From Oceanispirochaeta sp. (GTDB lineage Bacteria > Spirochaetota > Spirochaetia > DSM-2461), in assembly GCA_963663385.2 (NCBI GenBank), contig CAXXXD010000004.1:1-64000 (forward strand): a DNA stretch of 64,000 nucleotides, in the 5' to 3' direction. Numbering within the stretch: position 1 is the stretch's first letter; each line of letters begins with the position of its first letter. The translations under genes and the position numbers were made by a program. Shown here piece after piece: positions 28,745-38,301 of the stretch. The notes below the pieces were generated by a model. The model was not told where the DNA came from and did not search any database. It worked only from the letters and a program-made list of their open reading frames with translations.

Positions 28745-28942
28745 TTGGCCAAACATAGGTACTCATCTGAAAAACGTCAGAAAGAAATAAAACGTCAGAA
28801 ACGCCAGGAGGAAAAAAAACTCCGTAGAGAGCGAAAAGGGACTCCTGAAGCTGAAAAGGATGAGCAGGATTTGATAAATGGATACCTTGGAATTGAACCT
28901 GAATCGGATGAGTCAGATGTCGCAGAACCTGGTCAAGAATAG
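28745..28942 (+). CDS. Small basic/acidic hypothetical protein
   Basis: GAGGAGG RBS then TTG; AKHRYSSEKRQKEIKRQKRQEEK Lys/Arg-rich N-half, acidic C-half. Confidence 0.7.
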   Translation: MAKHRYSSEKRQKEIKRQKRQEEKKLRRERKGTPEAEKDEQDLINGYLGIEPESDESDVAEPGQE

Positions 28943-29393
28943 TCGTATGTTACTGATTGGAACACCGTTCCCTTCCGGTTCCGGAAAGGATTTCACGAAT
29001 CTATTTCTTCAATGCACATAGTAAAATTCATAATCAAACATCAGTATATTCTCAAATGAGTCCTTATTACAGATTTCCGTTGATGCTTTCCATCCCGGAT
29101 TCAATGATCTGATAAATCTTCGAGAGGAGCCGGAACTGTTCATCAGACTTGAAGTTTCGGTCTATGAATGAGTATTTCCTCAGGTCGAAGTATATATAGA
29201 AGATTTTACCCATTACTTTTTCTAAACTCCCCTCACAGAAAGTAATGGTTAGTAATAAATGCTGCAAAGGAGCGGAGCTTATGGGCGCCAATTGGATAAT
29301 CTTCCTGTATCGGAATGACTAAAAAATGGTGAATATTCTCTTTACACAGCCTTATTTCCTGCTTATATACATTCTATTGGAGATATAGTTCGA

Positions 29394-30356
29394 ATGAAAG
29401 AGAAAACAGCGTATAACAGGACTTTGAAGATAAAGCAGGATCTGTGGCATGACTCTCCCTGTTCAAAATGTCTTGACACCCCGTGCTGCAGAAATCTTCC
29501 CCTGGCATCGGTTCGGCTGAAAAGCCGGAGTGACTTTATCAATCTCCTGCTGATCTCCTGCTATGACGGTTTATACCCTGCCCTGAAGGAGTCCGGAGAG
29601 TGGACGGTATACCTTGGCAGAGACTGCCGCTTTCTGGATGCTTCGGGAAAGTGTTCGATTCATAAGGAATCTCACCAGAGTCTCATCTGTAAAACCTATG
29701 ATGCCCATAACTGCTGGTATACAGACGCATTCCGAAAAGACCGTTATTCAACAATGATTCCTTTTAACACAGAAGGGTTGATCTGGTTTGAAAAAAAGTA
29801 TGATCTTATTTCAAAGCATTTTGAGGTCGCACCCGCCTGGGACGATATCTGCGCGGAAGCCGCGGTTTCCTTATATAAGCATGATACGAATCCTTCCGGA
29901 AAATCTATCCCCCTGATGGACAGGAGGCTCTCTTTCAAAAAGGGGCGGTCGGAACAATTTCTGTTCTTTCCTCCCTATCAGCTGCCCGAGTCCCGCAATC
30001 ATTTTGAACTGCTCTCCTTCCGTCTCGGCTTTTCCGGAATATCTCTGGCGGTAACCGATACCTGCTGGGCTTTTATGGTGTCTTCAAGGCTGGATCCTGA
30101 ACGGCTGGAGCTGGTCCGGAACGAGTTTTATCCCGCAATCAGTCATAAAGACGGGATCTACAGTTTTGACGGAATTGTCAGGCAGTACAACCCCCATTCC
30201 CGGGCGGGAGAACAGTGGGTCGTACTTCAGCGCTCTGATCTTAAAACACTGGTGGATCTGACCGTATTCGATGCTTCCGGAAGGATAAAAAGAAGGCCGT
30301 CCAGTTCCGAGATCCTTGCGGCTTTACAGTCCAGAACCCCGGACCGGGCCGCTTAA
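29394..30356 (+). CDS. YkgJ-like Cys-cluster (CxxC-x3-CC) protein with C-terminal extension
   Basis: PCSKCLDTPCC ... DCRFLD..GKCSIH....LICKTYDAHNCWY. Confidence 0.75.
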   Translation: MKEKTAYNRTLKIKQDLWHDSPCSKCLDTPCCRNLPLASVRLKSRSDFINLLLISCYDGLYPALKESGEWTVYLGRDCRFLDASGKCSIHKESHQSLICKTYDAHNCWYTDAFRKDRYSTMIPFNTEGLIWFEKKYDLISKHFEVAPAWDDICAEAAVSLYKHDTNPSGKSIPLMDRRLSFKKGRSEQFLFFPPYQLPESRNHFELLSFRLGFSGISLAVTDTCWAFMVSSRLDPERLELVRNEFYPAISHKDGIYSFDGIVRQYNPHSRAGEQWVVLQRSDLKTLVDLTVFDASGRIKRRPSSSEILAALQSRTPDRAA

Positions 30357-30532
30357 AGGGGCCGTGATCCCAGCTTGCATCTTTTGCTGACCTCTGTCTC
30401 ATCCTGTTATAAAACTATAATCACCAGATTGTACGAAACGGTTGGAGCTGCCGGAAAAAAATTATGAAAATGTGTTGGAAGAGTATCCATAAAAAGAATG
30501 TATGACTATTCTATAAGAAGTTAGGAGTTACT

Positions 30533-31060
30533 ATGGAAATTATACTTACAGCTTTTATGATTCTCATTCTCAGAATCGGTCAGGATACTCTGTTTCTTGC
30601 AAAAATCGATGCTTTCAACAGGAATAATAAATACTATTCCATGACAATAAACTTCCTGGAGGCCATGTACGGTATCACCGTTATCAAGATTATCCTGGAT
30701 TTAATGCAGAAAAATCCCTGGTATGTTCTTATATTTGGAGCAGGCTCAATGCTGGGAGGGCTTCTGGTTTCCCATATCAAAGTCAAACTGGACAAACGGC
30801 TTCAGGGGCAGCGGCAGTATTTTGTAAGAATCTCCCTAGATAATGATAAGGACAGAAGCGATCTCATTCAAATCCTGAAGGAGAACGAATATGAATTCAC
30901 CATGGCGAACAGGGAGTATTTGAACGGGCGGACAAAGCTAATAATCGAAGGCTCTCTTGAAAACAGGAAAAGAATGATGGACCTGAAGGGTATCCTTCGG
31001 GGCAGACCCGGCAAACATGTCACCATTTTCCGTGCGGACGAAATATATTTTCTGAAATAG
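30533..31060 (+). CDS. UPF0316/DUF5698-like membrane protein
   Basis: ILRI..DTL...K, FLEA, NPWY...FG.G...G; three TM plus soluble tail. Confidence 0.6.
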   Translation: MEIILTAFMILILRIGQDTLFLAKIDAFNRNNKYYSMTINFLEAMYGITVIKIILDLMQKNPWYVLIFGAGSMLGGLLVSHIKVKLDKRLQGQRQYFVRISLDNDKDRSDLIQILKENEYEFTMANREYLNGRTKLIIEGSLENRKRMMDLKGILRGRPGKHVTIFRADEIYFLK

Positions 31061-31106
31061 ACTATCAGGCTGTCAAACAGGAGTTCCCGATCATCCTATT
31101 ATAAAT

Positions 31107-33338
31107 TCAATCCTCTATTTTCATACTCCGCACCAGTATATTGTAATCCCCGTCCTTATCCTTATCATCCTGCCAGACAATATAGTAATAGCCCTTTTCC
31201 CCCAGAGCTATATTCGGATGTTTCTGCTGGCCCGTCCTGTCCGTATTCACTGTCTGATCTCCCGAAATGGACGCACCGTAGGTATTGTACACGGCGGCTT
31301 TAATCTGATAGTACCTGTTTCTGCCTCTGTCATCCTGCCAGGAGATGATAAAATGGTCCTGCTCATCCGAGTCAATCTCCGGGTGAACCGCTTCCTGTCT
31401 ATGGTTCATCACCTTGATATTCTGAATAGCCACTCCTCCAGGTCCGAAACTTCCGGCCGCTATTTTAGTATCAAATCGGCTGTTCCGCTCCTCCCGGTTA
31501 TCCCATACAACAATAAAAAAGCCTTTGTTATTCATGGCTATTTTGGGTTTCCTTAAATCCGCTGTGCCGGCTCCCTCAAGGAGCTGCGCATCAAAGGCAT
31601 TGGGGCCGTAACCTCTGGCAAAGATTTCATGCCGGTTCTTTTCGACGGCTTCCCATACGATAACTGTCTCTCCCTGGTTGTTGACTGCCGCTTCCGGCCG
31701 GCCCTGATAACCATCGAAGTCCGGATGGACCGGCTCTTCGTCAGAGATGGTGCGGGCATAGAGGTTTCCCCTGCGCTGTTTTACCAGGGAGATTTCCCCG
31801 TCTGGATCATATTCCTGCCAGACGACTGCAAAGTGTCCTCTGTCGCCGAGATCCCCTTCGGGGTATCCGATCTTTCGACCCGCCGGAGCAGAGCTGATGA
31901 GAAATTCCTCCTCCAGAATCTTTCCTTCCCTGTCAAAAGCTTCGCCGTAAATATTCCGGGCTCCGTCGATCTCATCCTGCCAGAGAACGATATAGTCGCC
32001 CCGGGCGTTCATGGCGATGTCGGGATTTCCGGGATTCAGCGATCCCGGACTGTTCAGCTTTACAGGTCCGTAACGCCAGTTCCCCCGGGGAGTGTATCCC
32101 CGAAGAAACAGATTGCCCCGTCCCTCCTTATCAGCCTCCTCTTCCCAGAGAACAACGAAATTCCCATTGGCGTCACAAGCAATTACGGGAGCACCCCTGG
32201 AGGGTCCCATCCCTTCGTTCACCTGGAAATCCATAAAAGGGTGGTCAAAAACAGTTCTGCGATTTTCCTTCCTGTCAGCCAGGTCTTCCACATACATGGT
32301 CGCCACTTCCTCGAAAGGGGGTTCGATAGCACGGAAGCCGAATATACTCTTCTTTGCTTTGGAATCCTCTGGGATGACGCAGATATCTTCTATATCGATT
32401 CGTCCTTCATTAATGTTAAAGTTCAGGCTCCGGAGCCAGCCGTTGCCCAGTTGTCTGCCCCATTTTGTACGGATACTCTGAAAATCCGTCAGAAGAATAT
32501 GGATGAGGTTCCCGTTATTGGTATCTTCCATCAGCTTGTACCGGCTGCCCGAACGGTGTCCGCACAGAAGGAGGAATATATTGCTGTGCTGCTTCAGAAA
32601 CTCATTATCAAAGGCTTCTCCCTCCACTCCCGTCATATTGTACTTTTCCCCCCAGCTTCTTCCCCTGTCGGTGGTGTACTCTCCTTCTGGATCAATATAG
32701 CTATGGGTGACAACGATGACTTTTCTGTCCGGATTGGCTTCCAGGACTCCATTGGCCCAGTCCAGCACGGATTTCCGGGGAAGGAACTCCAGACTGAGGA
32801 CCAGAAATTTCAGATCTCCCTCTTCAAAGGTCATATAGTTATTAATATTCTCCGGGCTGTAGGAACCGCCGTACCAGGGCCTGCCCTCAAAGCGGAAAGC
32901 TCCGAAGTATTCGCCGTAATCCGTATTCCGGGCATACACATTCTTTTTGTAATTTTTGTAATACCCCTCTCTGGAATAGTAGTCGTGATTCCCCGTGGTG
33001 GTGCTGTAGGGGATATTGTGATCATCCAGTATCTGGTGTGCCTTATGGGCAACCTCCCATTCCAGCCCCGGCTCTTCCTGCCCGTTATGTTCGGTTATAT
33101 CCCCCAGGTGGATGACGAATTTAATATTCCTTTCGTCTCTGTTATCCGCAATCCACCGGGTCTGCCTTTCATACAGATTGTACTTCACGGCTCCCTGTTC
33201 CGTATATTTCTGTGTATCCGGAAGGAGGATGACGGAAAAGCTCCCGGAAGGTTCAAGCCCCCGGTTTGCGATTGTATCATCCGCAAAAAGAGTCATGGAA
33301 TAGATGAAACTGATCAGCAGCAGGGCATATCTATACAT
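31107..33338 (-). CDS. Secreted calcineurin-like metallophosphoesterase with C-terminal repeat (propeller-like) domain
   Basis: Signal peptide; LPDTQ, HLGDI, GNHD, VVTH, CGH; about 7 repeats of P.IA....G.F.V.W.(D/E). Confidence 0.85.
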   Translation of the reverse strand: MYRYALLLISFIYSMTLFADDTIANRGLEPSGSFSVILLPDTQKYTEQGAVKYNLYERQTRWIADNRDERNIKFVIHLGDITEHNGQEEPGLEWEVAHKAHQILDDHNIPYSTTTGNHDYYSREGYYKNYKKNVYARNTDYGEYFGAFRFEGRPWYGGSYSPENINNYMTFEEGDLKFLVLSLEFLPRKSVLDWANGVLEANPDRKVIVVTHSYIDPEGEYTTDRGRSWGEKYNMTGVEGEAFDNEFLKQHSNIFLLLCGHRSGSRYKLMEDTNNGNLIHILLTDFQSIRTKWGRQLGNGWLRSLNFNINEGRIDIEDICVIPEDSKAKKSIFGFRAIEPPFEEVATMYVEDLADRKENRRTVFDHPFMDFQVNEGMGPSRGAPVIACDANGNFVVLWEEEADKEGRGNLFLRGYTPRGNWRYGPVKLNSPGSLNPGNPDIAMNARGDYIVLWQDEIDGARNIYGEAFDREGKILEEEFLISSAPAGRKIGYPEGDLGDRGHFAVVWQEYDPDGEISLVKQRRGNLYARTISDEEPVHPDFDGYQGRPEAAVNNQGETVIVWEAVEKNRHEIFARGYGPNAFDAQLLEGAGTADLRKPKIAMNNKGFFIVVWDNREERNSRFDTKIAAGSFGPGGVAIQNIKVMNHRQEAVHPEIDSDEQDHFIISWQDDRGRNRYYQIKAAVYNTYGASISGDQTVNTDRTGQQKHPNIALGEKGYYYIVWQDDKDKDGDYNILVRSMKIED

Positions 33339-33619
33339 AACGGCCTCGTGATATGTGTCTGTTTTTATTATAATATGAAATTGGAAAGCTTATGCAATGA
33401 ATCTAATCTGATCACTTCTATGACAGGTTCAATCATAAAGTTCGCCTTGATACTGCAGATCCGGTTTATACACCTCTACATCCTATAAATGATTGTCTGC
33501 CAGTAGTTGATTAAGACCCCAGAATCCCGTAGCATAGTCCCACATCTCATCTTTTCCTGTTTCTATATCAAACAGGTTTCCGCGAACGGCTGCGGATATC
33601 GAAACAGGAGGAATCTTCT

Positions 33620-34306
33620 ATGAAATCCAAAAGACTCTTTCCCCAGGAGCTTGCCTATCTGCTGGGTATTGTGATGCTGGCGCTAAGTGCCTCGTTAATG
33701 GCCCGGGCGAATCTAGGCGTCTCTATGGTGATTGCTCCGGCTTATCTTATCTATCTTAAATTGTCGGTACTCTATCCGTCTTTTACATTCGGTATGGCCG
33801 AATACGGACTGCAGGGAATCCTGTTGATCGCTATGGTTCTGTTTCTGAGACAATTCAGGATCAGCTACCTCTTTTCGTTTATCACCGCAGTATTCTACGG
33901 ACTGGTTCTCGATTTCTGGATGATAGGCGTAGAGCACTTTGACCATGTCCATGGCCTGCCTCCTCTGCTCTACTTTGTATCAGGTCTATTTCTGGGGGCC
34001 TTTGGTGTTTCCCTGCTGTTTAAAACCTACATATCTCCGGAGGTTTACGAACTCTTTGTAATGGAAGTTTCATCTCGCTTCGGGATCGGGATCAGCCGCT
34101 TTAAAACCGGTTATGACATTACCAGCTGTCTACTGGCGATAGCCCTGTCGTTCCTGTTTTACGGATTTCCACACTTCGAGGGCGTCAAATGGGGGACTGT
34201 AGTCTGCGCCGTTGTTAACGGCCCGCTGATCGGTCTATTCAGCAAATGGATGGAGAACCGCCTGAATTTCATTAGGGTGCTGGAGAGAAAGAAGGTTGCC
34301 GGATAG
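33620..34306 (+). CDS. YczE/DUF6198-like membrane protein
   Basis: ANLGVSMVIAPAY, FTFG, P.VYELFV, FKT.YD, GVKWGTV..A..NGPLI. Confidence 0.8.
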   Translation: MKSKRLFPQELAYLLGIVMLALSASLMARANLGVSMVIAPAYLIYLKLSVLYPSFTFGMAEYGLQGILLIAMVLFLRQFRISYLFSFITAVFYGLVLDFWMIGVEHFDHVHGLPPLLYFVSGLFLGAFGVSLLFKTYISPEVYELFVMEVSSRFGIGISRFKTGYDITSCLLAIALSFLFYGFPHFEGVKWGTVVCAVVNGPLIGLFSKWMENRLNFIRVLERKKVAG

Positions 34307-34599
34307 GTGTAGAATGATTCATTAAGGTAATCAGTACTATTTCGGGCTGTTTCCTGATCATTTTCTGAAAAGGCTCTGTTAATACAGAGTTTCCACTAAC
34401 CTATCGGTCTCTCGCCAATGACTGGGATCCTGTCAAGCATTATCAATGCTGAGAGTGTTGTGATAGACAAAGGTCGGTTAATCAAAAGCAGTTTTGAATA
34501 ATTCGTTTGTGCGGGAAAAAAATAAACAGAAGATTAAATTCTACAAAAAAAAGCAAAGAAAAGCATATATATTTCAGATTGGACTTAATAAACTAATGA

Positions 34600-34798
34600 A
34601 ATATCAGGCGTCCTATAGGACTTAATAGGGAACCGGGTGAGAATCCCGGACACCCCCAGGTACTGTAAGAGAAGAGGGTAGCGATACGGATTGAAAGTGC
34701 AACACTTTCTGATATATCCGGCCACTGCGGCTGTTTACCGGCTGCGGGAAGGCTTTGTTTAACCGTTTAATTCTTGAGTCAGGAGACCTGCCTGAAAA
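34600..34798 (+). ncRNA. Cobalamin (B12) riboswitch
   Basis: AATAGGGAACCGGGTGAGAATCCCGG, CCCC..ACTGTAA, GCCACTG, GGGAAGG and B12 box GAGTCAGGAGACCTGCC in canonical order; P1 TCAGGC/GCCTGA. Confidence 0.93.
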
Positions 34799-34921
34799 AC
34801 CGTTCATAGAACGGGGTCAATAATCACGATCTTCTGGGTTGGAGAGGGTGTACCCGTATTAAACAAAAGAATATTCCGGAATTATTCCCACCAGAAAGAT
34901 CTCCGTTTTGAGGGAGAAAAA

Positions 34922-36277
34922 ATGAAAAAGCTGTCTATCGTTCTAATCAGTCTCTTACTGATCACAGGTATGCTGTTCGCCGGGGGAACCCGGGAACAGT
35001 CCGCTTCCGGCAATGCTTCACCAGCTGTGCAGGAGCAACAAAAAGATTTAGCAACAATAAGTGCGGACAACGCCAGACTCGTTGTCTACGGCAACGCAAA
35101 CAATGATGATTTAATTAATACGCATGATGTTGATATCATTGGTGATATAGCATCAGGAAAAGCTTCCTGGGATAAAACCGCCAATCCGTTTGCAGATGCA
35201 AACGCCGATGGAAAAGTCGATTCGAGTGATGTAGATCTGGTTGAAAAAATAGTAAACAAAGAAAAATGCACAGTGTATTACAGAGACTTTCAGGATGAAG
35301 CAGTTGCTGTAAATTATCCAATTACCGGGACTGTAGGAACAATGTATTATCAGCAGGCTCAGCTCTCCATTCTGCTCGGTCTATGGGACAAAGACGTTAT
35401 TGCCTGTGGGGTTCGAAACCTGAATGATACAATTGCCCCCGGATTCGAACAGAAGATATCTTTCGGGCAGGGCTATAATGTTGATCCGGAACTGGTGGTG
35501 GAATCAGGGGTCGACACGCTTATCTGTTATACTCAGACTGATACGACCGCACCAGATATTAAAAAACTGGTAAGGGCTACCGGTTTGGATCTTAATGTCC
35601 TCTGCATCAACCATGAATCACTTCTTGAATGTGTCGTCACATACGGGTTCCTGTTCGACAGAGAGAATATTTCGCTAAAGTATGCTGAATATGCGGACAA
35701 CTCTGCCAGTATTATAGATGAAAGTCTGAAGAATGTTTCCCGTGAAGAACAGCCGTCGGTAGCCACTGTCATGCTTTATGGTAAAGCGACAACAGATAAA
35801 ATACGTGTCCTGGGGTATAATCCTATGGGCAATACAAACAATCTGCCGAAGCTTGTCCATTCAATACCTAATAACAATTGGATCAGGGCGGATCTGGAAA
35901 ACCCTGCCTATGGAACATACGTTACCTCAGAGTGGTTTATTGAAAATGATCCCGATTATATACTCCTGGCGGTATCCGGGATTGGCACTACGCCTGAAAT
36001 GACGGAATCTGAGGTTTACGACGTGCTTTACACCAAGTGCAGGGAAGTCTTCGAAGAAACCAGCGCCTTTAAAAACGGTCAAATCATCGCGGCAACCCAT
36101 GCGTCGCTGAACGGTTACTCCGGCCCTTTACAGTCGTTGAAGCTGCTCTCATTCGTTTATGATGAAATAGATAAAGCTTACGCCGATGAGGTCTATAATG
36201 CCTGGTATGATGATTATGCAATGTACTCCATAGACGACTACAGCCTTGAAAGAATCTTTTACGTTAATCCGCAGTAG
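34922..36277 (+). CDS. BtuF/FecB-type ABC substrate-binding protein with N-terminal dockerin-like EF-hand pair
   Basis: Leader LFAGGTRE; GNANNDDLINTHD and ADANADGKVDSSD loops; VDPELVV, VTSEWFIENDPDYIL, SAFKNGQI. Confidence 0.8.
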   Translation: MKKLSIVLISLLLITGMLFAGGTREQSASGNASPAVQEQQKDLATISADNARLVVYGNANNDDLINTHDVDIIGDIASGKASWDKTANPFADANADGKVDSSDVDLVEKIVNKEKCTVYYRDFQDEAVAVNYPITGTVGTMYYQQAQLSILLGLWDKDVIACGVRNLNDTIAPGFEQKISFGQGYNVDPELVVESGVDTLICYTQTDTTAPDIKKLVRATGLDLNVLCINHESLLECVVTYGFLFDRENISLKYAEYADNSASIIDESLKNVSREEQPSVATVMLYGKATTDKIRVLGYNPMGNTNNLPKLVHSIPNNNWIRADLENPAYGTYVTSEWFIENDPDYILLAVSGIGTTPEMTESEVYDVLYTKCREVFEETSAFKNGQIIAATHASLNGYSGPLQSLKLLSFVYDEIDKAYADEVYNAWYDDYAMYSIDDYSLERIFYVNPQ

Positions 36278-36290
36278 TCACGGAAAAGAC

Positions 36291-37424
36291 ATGAAACAGG
36301 AAACTGATCGACTTATAGGGGATGTTGTAAGAAAATCCGTTCAGAGCTGGATTACCGGTATTGATGCTGAAGATCCTGAAAAAAAAGCTGTCTCCGAATA
36401 TAGGAGATATGCCGCCAGAAAATGGATTTTTCTGGCAGTTTGCCTTGTTGCTCTGATAGTCATGTGCGGAGTCGCACTGACTATCGGGCAGTATAGTATC
36501 GGATTTAAGGAATCCTATAGAATCCTTTTGCAGCATATATCAGGTGATATAGAGGATAAGCTGAAGGATTACGTTATATGGGACTTGAGGTTGCCGAAAA
36601 TAGTCGTCGGGATTATTGCCGGAGCGGGGCTCTCAATAAGCGGAGTTACGATGCAGAGTATATTGAAGAATCCGCTGGCCGATCCCTATACAACAGGTGT
36701 ATCATCCGGTGCAGGTTTCGGAGCCACACTATCCATTGTTATGGGGGCTAATGTGGTAGCCAATGAATACGCGCTTGTCCTGAACGCCTTCATTTTCGCA
36801 TTGATTCCGACTATAGTAATCCTTCTTGTTTCAAAAATAAAAAACTCCTCACCGACAACCATGATTATGGCGGGGATTGCAATCATGTTCATCTTCAACG
36901 CTCTCACAACGATAATAAAACTCTGGGGGGATCCTAACGCTCTTGGAGCCATCCTTGAGTGGCAGATTGGATCCATTGGAGGAATTGAATGGAAAAACAT
37001 CCCTGTAATGCTGGCAGTTGTCATAACGGGCTATTTGATCATTCATCTGATTTCACGAAAACTGAATATTCTGGCAACTGGAGAGGATAATGCGAAGGCC
37101 CTGGGGGTAGAAGTTGAACGTCTCAGAATTACAGGCATGATCCTGGTAGCGCTGGTTGCTGCCTCGATTGTCTGCTTTACAGGGCTTATCGGTTTTGTCG
37201 GCCTGGTTTCTCCCCATATTGTCAGGATTGCTATTGGAGCGGACAATCGGTACCTGGTCCCGGGCTCTGCGCTGTTCGGAGCCACTCTGCTTATCGGAGC
37301 TGATATAGTTGGAAAAACACTTGTGTCCCCGGCCGTACTGCCCGTGGGGGTCGTTACAGCCTTCCTGGGAGGTCCTCTGTTTTTCTGGTTGATTATAAGA
37401 AAGAGATCCGAGCTGTGGGGATAG
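36291..37424 (+). CDS. BtuC/FecCD-family ABC permease
   Basis: IWDLRLPK, MQSILKNPLADPYTTGVSSGA, GEDNAKALG, GLIGFVGLVSPHI.R, LPVGVVTAFLGGP. Confidence 0.93.
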   Translation: MKQETDRLIGDVVRKSVQSWITGIDAEDPEKKAVSEYRRYAARKWIFLAVCLVALIVMCGVALTIGQYSIGFKESYRILLQHISGDIEDKLKDYVIWDLRLPKIVVGIIAGAGLSISGVTMQSILKNPLADPYTTGVSSGAGFGATLSIVMGANVVANEYALVLNAFIFALIPTIVILLVSKIKNSSPTTMIMAGIAIMFIFNALTTIIKLWGDPNALGAILEWQIGSIGGIEWKNIPVMLAVVITGYLIIHLISRKLNILATGEDNAKALGVEVERLRITGMILVALVAASIVCFTGLIGFVGLVSPHIVRIAIGADNRYLVPGSALFGATLLIGADIVGKTLVSPAVLPVGVVTAFLGGPLFFWLIIRKRSELWG

Positions 37425-37428
37425 CGAA

Positions 37429-38208
37429 GTGGTCATAGAAATAAACAAATTGTCTTTCAATTACTCTCAGGATGTGCAGGTCTTGCATGAAATAAGCCTG
37501 AACCTTGAAAGTCCCGGATTGGTTTGTATTGTGGGACCCAACGGGGTGGGAAAATCTACTCTTATCAAATGCATAAACGGATTGCTCAAGCCCGGTGAAG
37601 GGAGTGTAAGGATAGACGGAAAGGATGCGCAGAGATACAAAAAGAAGGAATTATCGATGAAGATCGGCTACGTTCCGCCTGAAACAAAGGACTTGTTTTC
37701 ATTGCCTGTAATTGATGCAATCATGCTGGGCCGGCACAATCTCCAGGGGTGGAGAAATACGGATAAGGATATTGAAAAGGTCTACGGAATCATGAGGCTG
37801 CTCAATATTGAGGACCTTGCCATGAGATCGTTCAACCGATTGTCGTCCGGTCAGCACCAGAGAGTCGCTTTGGCAAGAGGTCTTGCCCAGGAAACAGAAG
37901 TGCTGCTGCTGGATGAACCTACAGCCAATCTGGATGTCAAACACCAGATCTATGTTACAGAAATGTTGAGAGCTATTTCAAAAGAAAAACGAATGCTGGT
38001 CGTAATGATCAGTCACGATTTGAACACAGCCGCCAAATATTCCGACAATATTGTCGTAATGACCGCCCCGGGCCGGATCCATTCTTTCGGCGCACCCGGA
38101 ACGGTAATAACCCGGGAAACAGTCCGTGACGTGTACGGAATCGATTGTGAAGTAAGCAAAAGGAAGGGCGTTCCCCATGTCGTACCCGGTTCGGTCATTT
38201 CCATTTGA
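37429..38208 (+). CDS. BtuD/FecE-family ABC ATP-binding protein
   Basis: GPNGVGKST, LSSGQHQRV, LLDEPTANLD.KHQ, SHDLN.A. Confidence 0.93.
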   Translation: MVIEINKLSFNYSQDVQVLHEISLNLESPGLVCIVGPNGVGKSTLIKCINGLLKPGEGSVRIDGKDAQRYKKKELSMKIGYVPPETKDLFSLPVIDAIMLGRHNLQGWRNTDKDIEKVYGIMRLLNIEDLAMRSFNRLSSGQHQRVALARGLAQETEVLLLDEPTANLDVKHQIYVTEMLRAISKEKRMLVVMISHDLNTAAKYSDNIVVMTAPGRIHSFGAPGTVITRETVRDVYGIDCEVSKRKGVPHVVPGSVISI

Positions 38209-38301
38209 AAAAAAAGTGATCACCATAGTGCTTCACTCTCCTGCTGCCGCTAATATCGGTCAGGAAACTGAATCTAAACTTAAAGGAATCTGAAACCCAA
38301 T

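Noticed and set aside
29067..29291. 74-aa ORF on - strand
   Set aside because: No RBS or family motif recognised; may be a remnant but cannot be supported.
31629..33488. 619-aa ORF on + strand
   Set aside because: Antisense shadow of the motif-complete phosphoesterase; no recognisable motifs or RBS.
34759..34770. TTAACCGTTTAA, identical to the LacI operator at 55024
   Set aside because: Lies inside the riboswitch aptamer 20 kb from the LacI gene; an AT-rich 12-mer match is plausibly chance.
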